Of a stretch of 64,000 bases of DNA, positions 37,146 through 50,823 are shown piece after piece (position 1 is the stretch's first letter; the number at the start of each line of letters is the position of its first letter). The position numbers and the translations under genes are program-made. The notes below the pieces were generated by a model, which was not told the DNA's origin, did no database searches, and saw nothing but the letters and a program-made list of their open reading frames with translations. This DNA is from Podarcis bocagei (taxonomy: Eukaryota): the NCBI GenBank assembly GCA_964188305.1, contig OZ076886.1; one strand, 5' to 3'.

Positions 37146-38368
37146 GTTCCTTTGACTAAACAGTTAACTTCACTGACACAAGGTGTTTTCTTGCTGACCT
37201 GACTCCAGCTCCTAACAACTGTGGCCATTCAGGTGTTATTGGACTCAAAATTCCCACTAGCCCCAGCCAGCATGGCCACAGACCTGCTCCAGTGTTTGTA
37301 ATTTGTTTTATTTTTATTTTCTTACATTTATGCCCCTGTTTCTTCTGTCATGGAATGGACTCCAAGGCAGTGTACATGTGGCTTCCCAATAGTCACCCAT
37401 CCAGGCACTGACTAGAACAAGTTATGCTTAACTTCAGCAAGGTGGTGCTCTCATGTGCCTTTGAACTGTACCATAGGATTTTAAATGTAAAGACTGATAC
37501 ATTTCTTGTTGGCAATTAGTTTTGCCAGAGATGTATGGTAGCCAAAGAGGGTCAGGCAGAATTGGCTTCAGAGACAGATTTGGCTCTATTTGATCACTAT
37601 TTTTGATCACAGGGCAGTCCTGTGCATTGAATCATGAGAGCCAAACAAGAAATATGAAAATGCATCTCACTGTTAAGAGATGATTATTTGAGATGTTGGT
37701 ATGTTTTCCAGCACCAAGTGTCAAAGTGGAAATAGATCATGATCACACTTGTGTATTACCTGCTAATAAGGTGTAAATGCAAATTTCATGGCCATGTAGA
37801 GTTTTTGTCTTTATTCCAAACAGGCATCATCCTGCATATTGAACAAAATGTGGCGAGAATGGTCTTAAATAATGCAACATGGAAAACATTACGAATTTCT
37901 TTTGCTTTCTGGATTCCAAGCGTTCCCAAACCTTGCTGTCATGTTTACAAACAGCTGCAAAACGATTAGGTCTAGAAATGTTTTTTGTTTTTAAATGAGA
38001 AGATGAGAGACTGAGGATTCTAATGATCTACAGAACAAGTGCATTCAAACAATCTCTTCTCCATAGGAGTTTTCTGCCTGCTCTCTTTCTAAACTTATCT
38101 ATGGGACGTCTCAAACCATTGCAATGTAACTGGAGAAGGTCATAATCATTACCTCAAGAAATCTTGCATTATTATCCCTAAAAAGTGGGATAACCCTCTT
38201 TCCCCCTTTTTATTTATTAATTGTTGTTGCTTGCCAGCTGTACAAGATGTTAGACCTAGTCATTAACCCATATGTGACCTTCTATATTCAACTGATTTCC
38301 AGACAGGGACAGAACAGTAACTCTAGCCGGCAATGTGAACCCTCCTGTATTTGTAATTATGATTTTGA

Positions 38369-38482
<114 letters not shown>

Positions 38483-41400
38483 TAAGGGCTGCTATCCTTT
38501 TCCTTGAATTTATTCGAGCTATTTGTGGTGTGTGTGGTAGTTGGTTTTCTTTTTGTGGGGTGGGGGGACGACGACTCCTCATTATAATGAAACACCTGCC
38601 TTGTGTTGCTAATGGGCAAAGAGTGATGTGCGTCCGTGGGCGTAATTTTGTCGTTCATAGGGAATTAGTGATGCTATAAGGTTTTGATTTTTGTGGAAAG
38701 GCCATATGGAATGTAACTGTGAGTGGAGGCTCTGTGGAGCGTTCTGGTGCTAGTCTCTGATTCATGCTCCTAAAGGGGGACATTTTTCTCTGCAACTTTC
38801 TGCGCCTCGATTCGCATGCTGTGCCTGGGAAGCTTCGGGAATATAAAATAATAATAGTTTGTGATTTATGAAATGTGGTTGGGTGCTTATAAATATTTAA
38901 CTTTTTACTTTGAAAAATGTTTGAATCATTATCACTTTTTAGCTACAGTAGTTCCCTTGGATGCAATCTATCTAAATTGTAAGGTTTGTTTTATTTTATT
39001 TATGCATTAAGATATCTGAAAACTAAAGATTCCTCTGCCCCCCCTTTCTCAACAACCCCCCCACCCCCGGATTCCAGCTTGTTTTCTTTGGTTTGAGTGC
39101 CATTTTGATTGTATTGTCAGTTGATTAATTCATTTTGCCTGTCTTAATTATTACGGTTTCTAAACCGATCCAAATTACTAATCTGACATGACCGAATAAA
39201 TCACTGTAGAACAATAAATTCGCTGGAGTTGTTCTGTGCAATTTGCACTCGGCAGACTTGCAAATTAGGCAACGCTGTAGCCAAAGAGTCACTTTTACAT
39301 TTTAATTATTGAAGCTCGTCATACAGAAACATATGATAAACTGTTACGATGTCGCATTACTTTGTGAGAATTAAGTGACCACGCAAGGCTGATACTGTCC
39401 ATTATCAGTTAAGAGAAGGAGTACTATATCATTGTGGTATGGAACTCTTCCTCTTGCTTTGCTGCCTGAGTTAATGATCGCAACCTTCAATTCATCCTCT
39501 TTGTTGGATTGCTCAGAAAGTGCCGTGTGACGTCGGAGCAAGGTGGCATTCTGTTACGCAGTGACTGGAAAGACATGATTGATAAGCCATTGTATTTATG
39601 TAGTTTTATGTCTTTGGTATGGCTTTTGAAACAAGAAGTTATGCTTTCATGGCAAATGTCTTTGCAAATTATTCCTGAGTTAGTTTACAGTACAGTAGCA
39701 GTGAATTTATATTTCATACTTGCATTGCTGAAGAGCGTTAGGTGAACACAGGAGAGCACAAAAGTAATTAATTAATGTGTCTGTTGTGTATTCAAGGTGT
39801 ATTATAGTCTGATGGGGTATTAAAGATGGCACTTGCAGTTGCATGGAAAATTTATATGTCTCCTAGATGGTTCTCAACAACGAGATAGATACTGAACGTG
39901 AAATGTGTGTGGTTCTACCTACATATAGATGTGCTGGCTGTGGTTCATCTTAGGAATAAAACCTTTGGCATTGACTGCATTTTAGACTAGCATATTTCAG
40001 CTTAGTAAGCCAAGAGACGAACAAGCTTTTTGCCCATGCGTGAAGATCCTGTGTTCCTCCCTTCATATTGCAAGAAGTCAAATTGCAAAATCTATAATTA
40101 ACCACAACTTCTCATTTTGACCAAGCTGAGGAGAAAATGGTTATAAGCTTTGGAGCAAGTGAGGGGTGCTAAACCGACTTCAAACTGTGGTCACATATCC
40201 TGGCATGTTTCAAAGCGCCATGGTTTCTTGGAAATGAATGATTGGCAAACTATGGTTAATTAGGTTTGCTGTTTTGCTTGTGTGGACAGGCAAAAGCTGT
40301 TCATCTCTTGATTTACTAAACTGAAATCAGTCATCTGATCCAGGCACCCTCGTCTGCATATTGTTCCTCTTCTTAGTAGTTTGGACAACTTGGGTCATAC
40401 GGTACTTCACCAGCATTGCAGAACTTTGCGCTGAGGCAGATTAAAAGCTGGAATTTGGTTTGTGGAACTGGGCTGTATTAAACTTTGCCTCACCACACAT
40501 TTTGAGTGTGAACTGGTTAATCTTTTAAAATTCTTCCCTCGGTTTTAAGTGGTGACTTTGATATGGAAGGTTGATATGACTGTGGTTTGAATAACATCTG
40601 ATTTTGACCCGCTCCTTTGGGTTGCAGTGGCATAAGAAATTTGACTCAGCTGTGCTGTAATTAGCCTTCCCTGTGTTTTTGAAACAGGATTGAGTTACCT
40701 GGATCGCATTAGTGTGGCTTCTATTGTTGCCGCTTAGCATCTGTCCCAGTAGGGTACTTAAAACCTTTTTCTTGGCCAGGGCTAGTTCAAACAATTTAGG
40801 CAAAATAAAGTATGCGCTTTGTACAGCTAGTGGCTCTGGTGATGTTACTAGTGACATTTACCCTGTGCATATTATTTCCCCCTTGGCTTAGAAAAGCACG
40901 AAGCAATCTATATGAAGCCTGTGTTTTAAACAGAGTACTTTACAAATTGTTTTAACATTAAAAAGCCGTCACGAGCTGGAACATATGTTGAGTTGCACTC
41001 TGCTGTCACTCTGGCGTGCATAAAATTGTAAGCTATTATGCCAATTGATATGCAAAACCATATTTAGCTATTTTTTATTTGCAAGTGATCCTTCACAGGA
41101 CACATTTGGGGAGAGGGAGAGAGTTTGCAAAGATTTTCTCTGATGCCTAGCAGACTGCTCAGTCCTGTATTTGACCTGTATTAATAGAATGGGCACCTTA
41201 AATGCTACATTTAAGTAGGCAAGGATCACATTTAAATCATAGACATGTTTCCTTATGAGGATTACTACCTCTTTGCTATATCTGCAGAATACGGTTTTTC
41301 AAATGTCTGATCAAGAAGGATACTTATGATTTTTACACATACACTCTAAATGATATTGGAGCATGTCTGGAAAATTTTGAATGACAGTAGCCACATGTGA

Positions 41401-42255
41401 GTATTGACAATTCTGGACAATTGCGAATCTCTGAAAATTCAAAGATACACTGGTGAATATAGGCAGCTTAAAAGCGATTACATTTGTGTGTTATGAAAAG
41501 TGCGGATATATGACACATGTAAAACCTTTGTACCTACAGAGTTGTATAACATGCTCTTTTGCCTCCAATTATCATTTATATTCATTTATAATATATAATC
41601 CAGAATGAACTGGAGCCATTTAATCATAAATGTAGAGTGTTGGAACAGCCTTGGCAGATGCATTGGGAAATGACTTTGTATTTAGAGGAGCACGTTTTGA
41701 TTGCGATCAAAATGACCTTAGGAAATTTTCTATACTCTAGAGATCTGTCTTCCCTCCATGCTGTGGCATCAATCTATTTTTCTCATAGGCAGTTTGTAAG
41801 CTTTATACCATCGGTTCATATAGCCCAGTATTGTATGACTGGCTCCAGGCTTGAGGGGAACGTGGGCAAAGTGTCCCCTCTCTATCATTGTATCTTATCA
41901 CCTGGCTACAATGATAGCACTTCAAGGAGTGCTGTGTTGCTGGATTTAGTTACCCTTTAAATTCCCCACAATTCCTCAGAGTGACAAAAAGTTTGGGGCA
42001 CTGAGAGAAATTAAAGTGGTGGCTTGATACAGTCAGCTGGCGCTGCTCCAAATGCCACATCAGGTGATGGTGGTGGTGGGTATTAAGGTTGGAGATGAGT
42101 AAGTACTGGGGTCCTGTCAGCTGCTCAAGGATGCCAGACACAGGCTATGAATACTGTTTACGTTGGTCCTTCCCAACCCTACCAGAGTTACCAGGGCATT
42201 TGCTTTTACCACAGAATACTGCTGAGTTATGGCCTCAGTGTGTTTGTGTTGCGCG

Positions 42256-42301
42256 CACACAGACACAGACACAGACACAGACACACACACACACACACAC
42301 A
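42256..42301. repeat. (ACACAG)n(AC)n microsatellite
   Basis: Direct reading. Confidence 0.9.
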
Positions 42302-45300
42302 GATGCCTTAGAGATGCTGTAAAATAATCTCCAACACAATCACACAGATTAAAATAAAAGCCCTAGGGCTGCTTTAAATGAAATCATTGCACTAGTGGGC
42401 TCCCCCCTCCACTTCTGTGTGCCCCATAACTTCCCCAAACCTGCTCCAGAGGGTCAGGAGAACCCCCAGAACAGTGCAAGGGAGGAGGAGAGGAGATACT
42501 GTTTGGTTTGCACGAACAGAAATGCACAAGAATCTCCTGAGCATTACACTGAACGCAGCCCAGTATCCCCAATGAATGCCATTTTAAAAGCCATTTGTTG
42601 CTTTGGCACAAGCTGTGCTGGTACACAGCTTTCCCCCAGGCCCCAACTGGCCCTTCATGTGTTCCCTGTCCTAGTTAGTTCATTTTACAGCAGGATGATA
42701 CAGTTTACATTGTACAGAAAGTATAGCAAAATGAGATAGGGCGTAACATCTATTTTAAGGTAAATTATCATTTTTTAAGCGGAAGGTGCATGCATCCCCC
42801 TAAAAGCACCTGCAAGTTCATGGAGATGTGGAGGGACGAGTCTTTGGAGGAAGTGAGTGTGATGCAAAACAATTCAGGGTGCAACAATTTCTGTTACAAG
42901 TGACACTGCGTGCATTCAGCCTAGTAGTAGCAAAAAAATAAAATAAAAAACGAACCACTTCCTGTTATTACATTCTACATAGATTTAACATTCAAACGGT
43001 AACTCAAATTTGAATTTAAAAGGTTTGCTATAAAATTCCTGGGCAGGAATTGAATAAATTGTACTTTTATTGCCACAGTGGAGATTCCCATGTTCTAACC
43101 TTTTTTTCCATATAGCTATTCTAGTTCAATAAATAAAACCTCATTAGACTATTCCCATTTCAATGAGTTTATTAAATTTTACAGGAGTAATTAGCATAAG
43201 CTGTGCTAATTTTTCTGGAAGACTAATGAGAGAGCTTCTTAATTAGGTTTGCTTTGTAAGAATCTGAAAAGATGATAATGAAAAAAGTCACATAGGGTGC
43301 AATACAACAGGAAGGAAGAGTCTTATTATTTCTTGATTTGTGAAAGATGATTCTGTGTCTTGGCATGGCTTCAAACTTTTTTTAAAAAGCCTCACACACA
43401 TTTTTTAAAACCACCCAAACTGACCAGGGCTGAAACAGATATTCTAGTGAGATTTCTCTACTTGTCATTTAGTTTCATCCCCGTCTCCCTTCATGGATGA
43501 AACAATTGAGCAATGGTTCTCTTGGCTAAGATAAACATGGAAAGTAATGTCTACTTCCAATGTATATGGCAGAATCACTCCAGCATAAACACTCATACCT
43601 AGTGCCCTGGATCCCCTTAAATACCTGTTGTTTGAGCATGTATGCATTCCAGTGGTGGGAGAAAAACATCCCTGATGTATGGTTATTAATGGCTCCAATT
43701 CTCAATAATGACGGGGGAGAGATGATTCCCCACTTCCCTGCCAAGAGTCAAAAGTGGTATCACAAGTGTTTCATTGCTAATAGTGAATCATTACCTCTGG
43801 CAAATAAGGTTTTTCAGGTTTTTAAGACATTTCAAAAACCTACAAAACTTGTTTGATGGAAGATGATTGCAGGACAAAAGAAACCTATATGGGCTGCACC
43901 TCCAGCTTTCTTATAAATGACTGTCTCTAACCATAGCTGCTATTTTCTGTATCCCTGTTGAGAGCTAATGCCCAAGAATCCGAGACTATTTCCCTAAACT
44001 AATAAAATAATTTATTCCAGTGCCTAGTGTACACAATTGCATCATGCAGAGACTCAGTATTAATTCTGATATCTGAAAGCAGCCACAGCGCTTAGCCACT
44101 GCCTCCAAGTTGGTTGTCTGATGCAGAGTTGTTACCGGGCTACTGTTTATATTAGCCATGCTAGAGAGGTTTTGTTTTGTTTTGTTTAAATTGAGTAGGC
44201 CTATACCCAATTTATCCATAATGAATAGGGCCATTTTTAAAGATAGTAACTCTAGGTATGTGATCAAGCAAATTCCCTTAAGCCAGGCAATTTCAGATGG
44301 TGTTTGTATGTTCCCAGTGTGCACTGGATTCCAGTGGAAAACATCTGCTCTCTATGCCCATAACACTCTGTACTGGGATATTTTCCCAGATTGCTCTGTG
44401 GGAGAGTAGCCAGCAAGCTGCTCCTTTGTAAGAGAGCTGTTGTGTGACCACTGCCTCTAGAGCTCTGAATTCCTCAGCAAAGCAGTCCAGTTTTGCCTGT
44501 AACTATCTATCTATCTTGCTGATGCGGTGCTAAGTGTCTGAAAATAGTTTCTTCTTAGCATTGATTCACACAAGTGGTGCAGAAGAGGAAAAGCTTGTTC
44601 CATGATGACTTCCAGATGCTGTCCATTGTGTGCATATATGATATTGTAGGTTGAGTTTAGCATGGATTCGTGTTTTTTTTTTTAATTTGGCACTGCCTGC
44701 ACATTACTAGCTGATGTGACCTGAACGTGCCCAAGCCTTTTCTGCAGCTGAAATGGTCATATGAATCCATCATCTGTTCATACACTTGCATATGGGTCAA
44801 ATACCTTATGCTCATGCCATAACCAGGATGGCAACAGGATGGGCAGAGGAAGGTGTATGATTGTGTTTGATGGGAGGATCCAAATAGACAAAGCTCAGAT
44901 GTAGCTTCATGTAGTCTTGGTAGTTCACGTAAAGATGAACAGGAAGTCTGGTGTAAGATTTTTAGACGCGTTAATTAACCAGCATGAACTGTACTGTGAA
45001 CAAAGATCTCAGTGCAGCAGTTTCTTGCAAGGACAGAGGTATGCTTGAAATGTCTCTTCCTGCAAGGGCTGCCTCATTGACTGCAAAAGTGGTAAAATTC
45101 TGCCCCTGTATCCCTTTGAACATGCATGCAGAGATCTGAAGTGAATGGGGCGGTGTGCAGGTTCATAAGTTCTATGTGTGCATGACCATTATGTGTGAGT
45201 TGCTCTGTCATTAAGGTAGCCAATCTGGGGAACATTCAGCACTTTTGAGTTTCATTGGTTTCAGTGGGAGAATCAAGCATGTGCTTCAGTCTCTTTCTCT

Positions 45301-45597
45301 CATTGAATTTAATGAGACTCCAAAGCAGTTAACCTTGCTTGGTTTGTGCCTGATGTTTCTGTTGGGCTTAGGCCTGAGCTTTGCTTGGAAAAGTCAAGGA
45401 CACACTACCTTCCAACAGGAAATACCTCCTTAAAGAGTGACTATAGCTCTGCTCCTAGTGTTGATCCTTCTATTTCATCTGGAACAGCTGCAACTGGAAT
45501 AACGATTGCCTTCCTGAACGTATCATTTTGGAGTTTTTGGTCATTGCTCCAGTTCATCGTGCAAGTTACCTACAAACCTATATGTGGAAAGCACCAT

Positions 45598-45659
45598 GTT
45601 GTTGTTGTTTAGTCGTGTCCGACTCTTCGTGACCCCATGGACCAGAGCACGCCAGGCAC
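45598..45659 (-). mobile_element. Very short Bov-B-type 3' tail insertion (Bov-B or a Bov-B-dependent SINE)
   Basis: Reverse complement matches 57630-57700. (GTT)n tail. Flanking repeat GCACCAT. Confidence 0.8.
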
Positions 45660-48600
45660 CATAGTATGTAGCGAAACGTATACATTCCTCTCTGTCTTAA
45701 GCACACAATGGCCCTGTGAGTAAGGCTATGTTACGAAATAGTGACCGGTCATCTAAGGAGCTTTGTGGCTGTGTAAGAATTTGAATTCAGGTCTCCACAA
45801 GTCACCCAAGGCAAGTGTTTAACACATAACACCACCTTGGCACTCTTCCAGCCTTTCTTCGTAGTCCTCCTTACACCGTGGCACACACTGCCTCAGCATA
45901 AGAGGAGTGAGAGGGTTGGCACCACTCATTTGATGCAATGGTATTTTCCTAATCTGCTCATTAGTTGCGGGGGAAAGAACTTGGGAACATCTTATTTGGC
46001 CCATGCCAAATAAGTGGTCCCTGCCGCTTTCTTATTCCTGGAAAGTGGCTTGAAAATGATGGTGACAAGCTTCGCTTTTATTTCAGGGGCAAGTTCTGTG
46101 GAGAATATGTAGTGTACGTATATTCTTTTCAGTGTAAAAAAGCCCTTAAAACATCTGGCTGAAAGGTGGGGCCTGATCCTGACAGGGTAGCCCAGAAAGC
46201 ACTGAGCACTCCCCACCCAACTTTGCAGGGGTGAGTACCTTAAAGGACCCGGCTTTTCTTTTGTTTCTCTTCACAAAACTTCAAATGTCCTATTCATAGC
46301 TATTGATTTCTTAATGCTAGCTGCTACTTCAAAGTGTGTGCAGGGGCAAAGAGGACAGAGGCGGCCCATAGGATTACCTGGGTCAACAGAACTAAGAATC
46401 TTTTATTCCATTTCATGTATTATTAAAAAGAGAGTTTTTTGGGGGGTGTAGATAGGTTTCCCCCCTCTTTTTTATGGATTGTGGGGGAGAGCAGAATGGA
46501 GAAAATCCAGAAATATCTAATCTCTGAATCATAGCTGTGGAGTAAATCTGATTTTGGGATCCCTTTGTTGTACTTGAAAAATGTGCCAAGGCAATGGAAA
46601 TACACGGGGTTCCAATATTAAGAAAAAGGTTGCTTTGATTCATTTGGGGTCTGCCTGTCTGCAGAGTGATGTGGAGTGGCCTTTTCTTGCTGAAGGATGA
46701 TGGGACAGGTGACTTGTCAACCTTGATTGTAGAGCCACATTGTACAGAACCCCGACTTCTCTGTAACAGTTTTGCGGCTTCTTCAGAGATCATTAATTAA
46801 GAAGCAGCAACAAACATCTGTTATGCCAGCGAGTCACAGGCAATTGAAGTTTCCTTTCCTGAGTACTTGTGGTGGACCAGATCCACATTGCCCCTTTACA
46901 CCTGATGTTGTACACCATGTGTACATGTGTGTGAACATGCTTTTATCAATCACTGGGATACTGTCTGGTGAACTCCTAGAATTTCTTCGCAAACTTTAAA
47001 CGTGTAAATGATTATTTTTTTTAATGAAACAATGCCAGAAAAGTATGTTCTTTTCTAGTGGAAGTTAGACCTGCAATGGCTGTGTTTAGAGAAGAGAGGA
47101 GCTTAGTTGCATTGCAAAAACTCAGATGGGAAGGTGTGGATAGACGAAGCTTTTACTGTACTTCCCTTTACTATCTTCTTTGAGAATCATAGCTTCATTG
47201 GCACCAGCAACTTAACCGAGCAACTCAATGGTTGCTCGGTGCCTCCTCCAGGTTTTGAGGGGCTCTTAGGCTAGGTGGTCCCCTGCTCTGTCACATGTTT
47301 GCTTGCCTTCTTCCATCTGCACAACTACCTAGAGAGGGAATGTGCAGAATGCTGCACAGAAGTGAGCAGCAGGGTAGGGTGATAGTGCTCACTTTACCTC
47401 CCACTTATTGTGTTGCTGATGCAAGTAGTAGACAGGGAGGTCAGCAAGGTGCAAACCAGCTGGAGGAAGCACCACCTTAGTGTGTTTGCGCTGCACAAAC
47501 TTCTCCTCCTTCTCTACCTCCTGGTAAGCAGCAGTAACATGGGCAATGAGAGGTCAGGTGAGCACCGCTGCACTGTCCCATCACTTGCTACTGATGCTAC
47601 CCCACCTATTTATTCTTACCACAACTTGCATGCTTAGAGAAGGCAGATGAAAAGGTAGCAACACCAAGGAGGAAGAGCAGCAGGGTCAGGAGGCCATTCC
47701 CTGCTGCAGGGTGTGAAACTCAGCACAATGTGAACCAGTGATGTTAACCCCTGATGCTGCTGCCATTAAGTTTCAGCTGAAGAGAGGAGGGTCCATGGAC
47801 TTATGAACCACCTAGGTCTAGCGGCAACCAGAGAGAGGAAAGGATCCTTTTCATATGATGCAGATGCTGCAGTGCTGGCCCTATAGCATCCAGCACGTGC
47901 ACCACCAACCGGTGGTGAAATTGCACAAGTACAACATGATGGCACTGAAACCACATAAAGCAGTTCTTCCACCTCTCAGCTTCCATTTAATGATTGCCTG
48001 GTGGCCAGTAAATGCACTAGAGTATAACTGCTAGAATGCACTGTGGTCATCAATACTTTCATATAATCCAGTAAAGCAAAAATCTATTTCATGCTGCTAA
48101 TAAGATGGGTCAAATTACACTGTCATCTATAGATCCTACACAGAAGGTGGCAGATTTTTTAGAAAGGCATTTAATACAGCTTCAGAAAACAAGCAGCATG
48201 TGTCAAGAGCGTGGCATGCACTGAAATTTCTCTTTCTCTTTTAACATCCTAGCGTATTTCCTGTCATAAGAGTTCTGGAAAAGTACAGGGTGCACTATAC
48301 AATGTTGTCTCTGTGTCATTTTGGGAACTGTGCACAGGCAGTTGTGATCAGATATATTAAAGTATGAATGAAAAGTTTACTTCCAAAATTATAAAGGAGA
48401 ATATTTTAAGGTGGTTCCTCCCCCCCCCCATTAAAAAAAGTCCTCTATCATTTGTGGCACTTTAAAATACTTGTGACACATCTTTAGTATATGAAAATCT
48501 ATATTCCAAATGAATGTGACATGTTTGATGCTGTTAATCTGCTCTGGGTATGAAGTAGGTCGTTAAAATGTGTTATTTCATTACCTTGAAATTATATCCT

Positions 48601-49087
48601 GGATGTTATTAAAGTGACCCAGATATAGACTTTCACAGCAGCCGTTGAAATGCTGTGAACAGTACTTTTTTGTCTTCAGTTCTTAGCTCCTGGAAAGGTG
48701 TAGGCAGATGAAGATAAATCTAGCACAGGCCATTTCTCTGGTTACAAACCTTTGTTCCAGTGCAAATAAAGGTTTTAGATATACAGGGTTCATTATAACA
48801 GAATTTTAATTGCTTTAATCTGGCAAAACTCCCTAGTCAGACAAGAACATTTCCCCCCTCCCTTTTTTTCTTTTAAGATATAATGGAAATACCTCTTCTT
48901 GGATTCTGCAGTTTGTGTATTCTTTCATGTTTGTTTTTTTAATCCCCTAGATTAGAATATCAACAAAGTTATTCTAGAGGTTGTTAAAGTTGTGTGGTTT
49001 TTTGGGGGGGGATAGCCAAATTTTCACATTATGAATGCACTGCTCCTAAATACACTTTTGGACTGAAGGGAAAGCACTTTGGAAGTG

Positions 49088-49112
49088 GTGTGTGTGTGTG
49101 TGTGTGTGTGTC

Positions 49113-49161
<49 letters not shown>
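49088..49161. repeat. (GT)n(GA)n compound microsatellite
   Basis: Direct reading. Confidence 0.95.
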
Positions 49162-49166
<5 letters not shown>

Positions 49167-49387
49167 TTATAAAGAATCGCCATGTTATGACTTGAACTGA
49201 CACTCTAGCAATCTATATTGCATTATAGCAGCACCAGGCATCTCCAGCGTGGCATTTTCCAACTATATCATTTAGCTAACTCTTGGAGACACAATAGTTT
49301 TGTATATATCTGTATGGAACAGTGTTGGCTAACACGCCTTTAATAAGAGATTGTCTTCTGCCCTGCCATATGCTACGGGAGCAGCCA

Positions 49388-49519
49388 NNNNNNNNNNNNN
49401 NNNNNNNNNNNNNNNNNNNNNNNNNNNNNNNNNNNNNNNNNNNNNNNNNNNNNNNNNNNNNNNNNNNNNNNNNNNNNNNNNNNNNNNNNNNNNNNNNNNN
49501 NNNNNNNNNNNNNNNNNNN
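49388..49519. other. Assembly gap (132 N)
   Basis: N run. Confidence 1.
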
Positions 49520-50782
49520 CCTTGCCTTTTTCTTCTTTTTTTACCTGACAAAAAGCTTACAGACACTTGGGCTCTGTCTCTCAGTAGCAGCATGGGGGGC
49601 TGCTCATGAAATATAAAGGAGGAAAAAGGACTGACATAGGGCTGATAAGCCACAGAGCAAAGGACCATAGATTAAAAGTAAATGCCAGTAAATCCTATCC
49701 TGTACACTCACTTGTTCTTTTATTGTTTTCTTTAACTCTTCCTGTGCTGGAGGGAAATGCAGGCTGAGACCAGTAAAGGGGAAGACAGGCGACAGAAGAA
49801 ACTTAAGATTAGCTTGTTGCTCCCTTTCGTGTCAATTTTGACACATTTCCTGGGGTCTGGCTGACACAAATGCAAGGTGGATTTTAGTTGCTAAAGTCGC
49901 TCTGAAATTATATTTTCAGCCAGCATGTAAATTAACAGATTGGTTAGAATATCTTATTATATGCAGAACATTAAACAGATGATACCTTTCCTACTTGGCA
50001 GAAAACACAAGTATGACTATTTATTTATTTATTTAAACCATTTATATGCCATTTCCCCAAAATATGTGTTTGAAGTGGCTTGCAGCAATTATATAAAATC
50101 ATTAATAAAGACATGTCAAACAACCTTTTGCTAGTCTTTATTGTATTCTTCATGATATTCCCCTGAGGTATGGTAGTTACTGTTATTCCCAGGCTAAGGT
50201 ACGGCAACTTGTCTCAGGCCTGCAACACATTCTTTGGAGAAATGAGACCTGAACTCATATCCACATTTAATTCTCTATCCACTGAACTACTCATCAGAGA
50301 TAAATTAAGAATAAAATAAACTTCATGGGCAGGCTTCAGCTAACAAACCCCATCAGCGGAAGCCCTGCACAAGAGCTTCTGCTTACTCAATGGGGCTTTC
50401 CCCGTCCCCCCAGAATTGGTAATAGCATAATGCTGACCTCAGCCTCATGCTTTATATTTCTATAAAAATATATATTAAACAGTTCCAAGGTTAAGAAAAA
50501 GAAAAAACCCCTATTAACCATCTTTGGACATAAAACAATATGTTGGACTCGGACTTTGTGATGCTTACAGCAGACCCACTGAAACCTATGGAATTTAAGT
50601 TTTGACTTACTTTTGTCCCATTGATTTCAGTGGGTCTACATTAAGCATGGCTAAGCCAGGATCTAACCCTGTGCTGCTAGGACTTATAGGATATGTTCAT
50701 ATTAGTGGCTTAAAATGCAACAGGATCATTTCTGCTTCCCTGAATTTGCATGGTGTTGCCCCTATGAAGGGGTGTGTGAGAC

Positions 50783-50786
<4 letters not shown>

Positions 50787-50821
<35 letters not shown>
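50787..50821. repeat. (AG)n microsatellite
   Basis: Direct reading. Confidence 0.95.

Positions 50822-50823
<2 letters not shown>

Larger units (their letters stand above)
36366..37217. mobile_element. Probable solo LTR (TG...CA) carrying nested MITEs
   Basis: Starts TGTCATGG and ends CTCCTAACA. Purine-rich interior. Imperfect flank repeat CTTGT/ACTGT. Interrupts an older hAT-like remnant. Confidence 0.5.
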
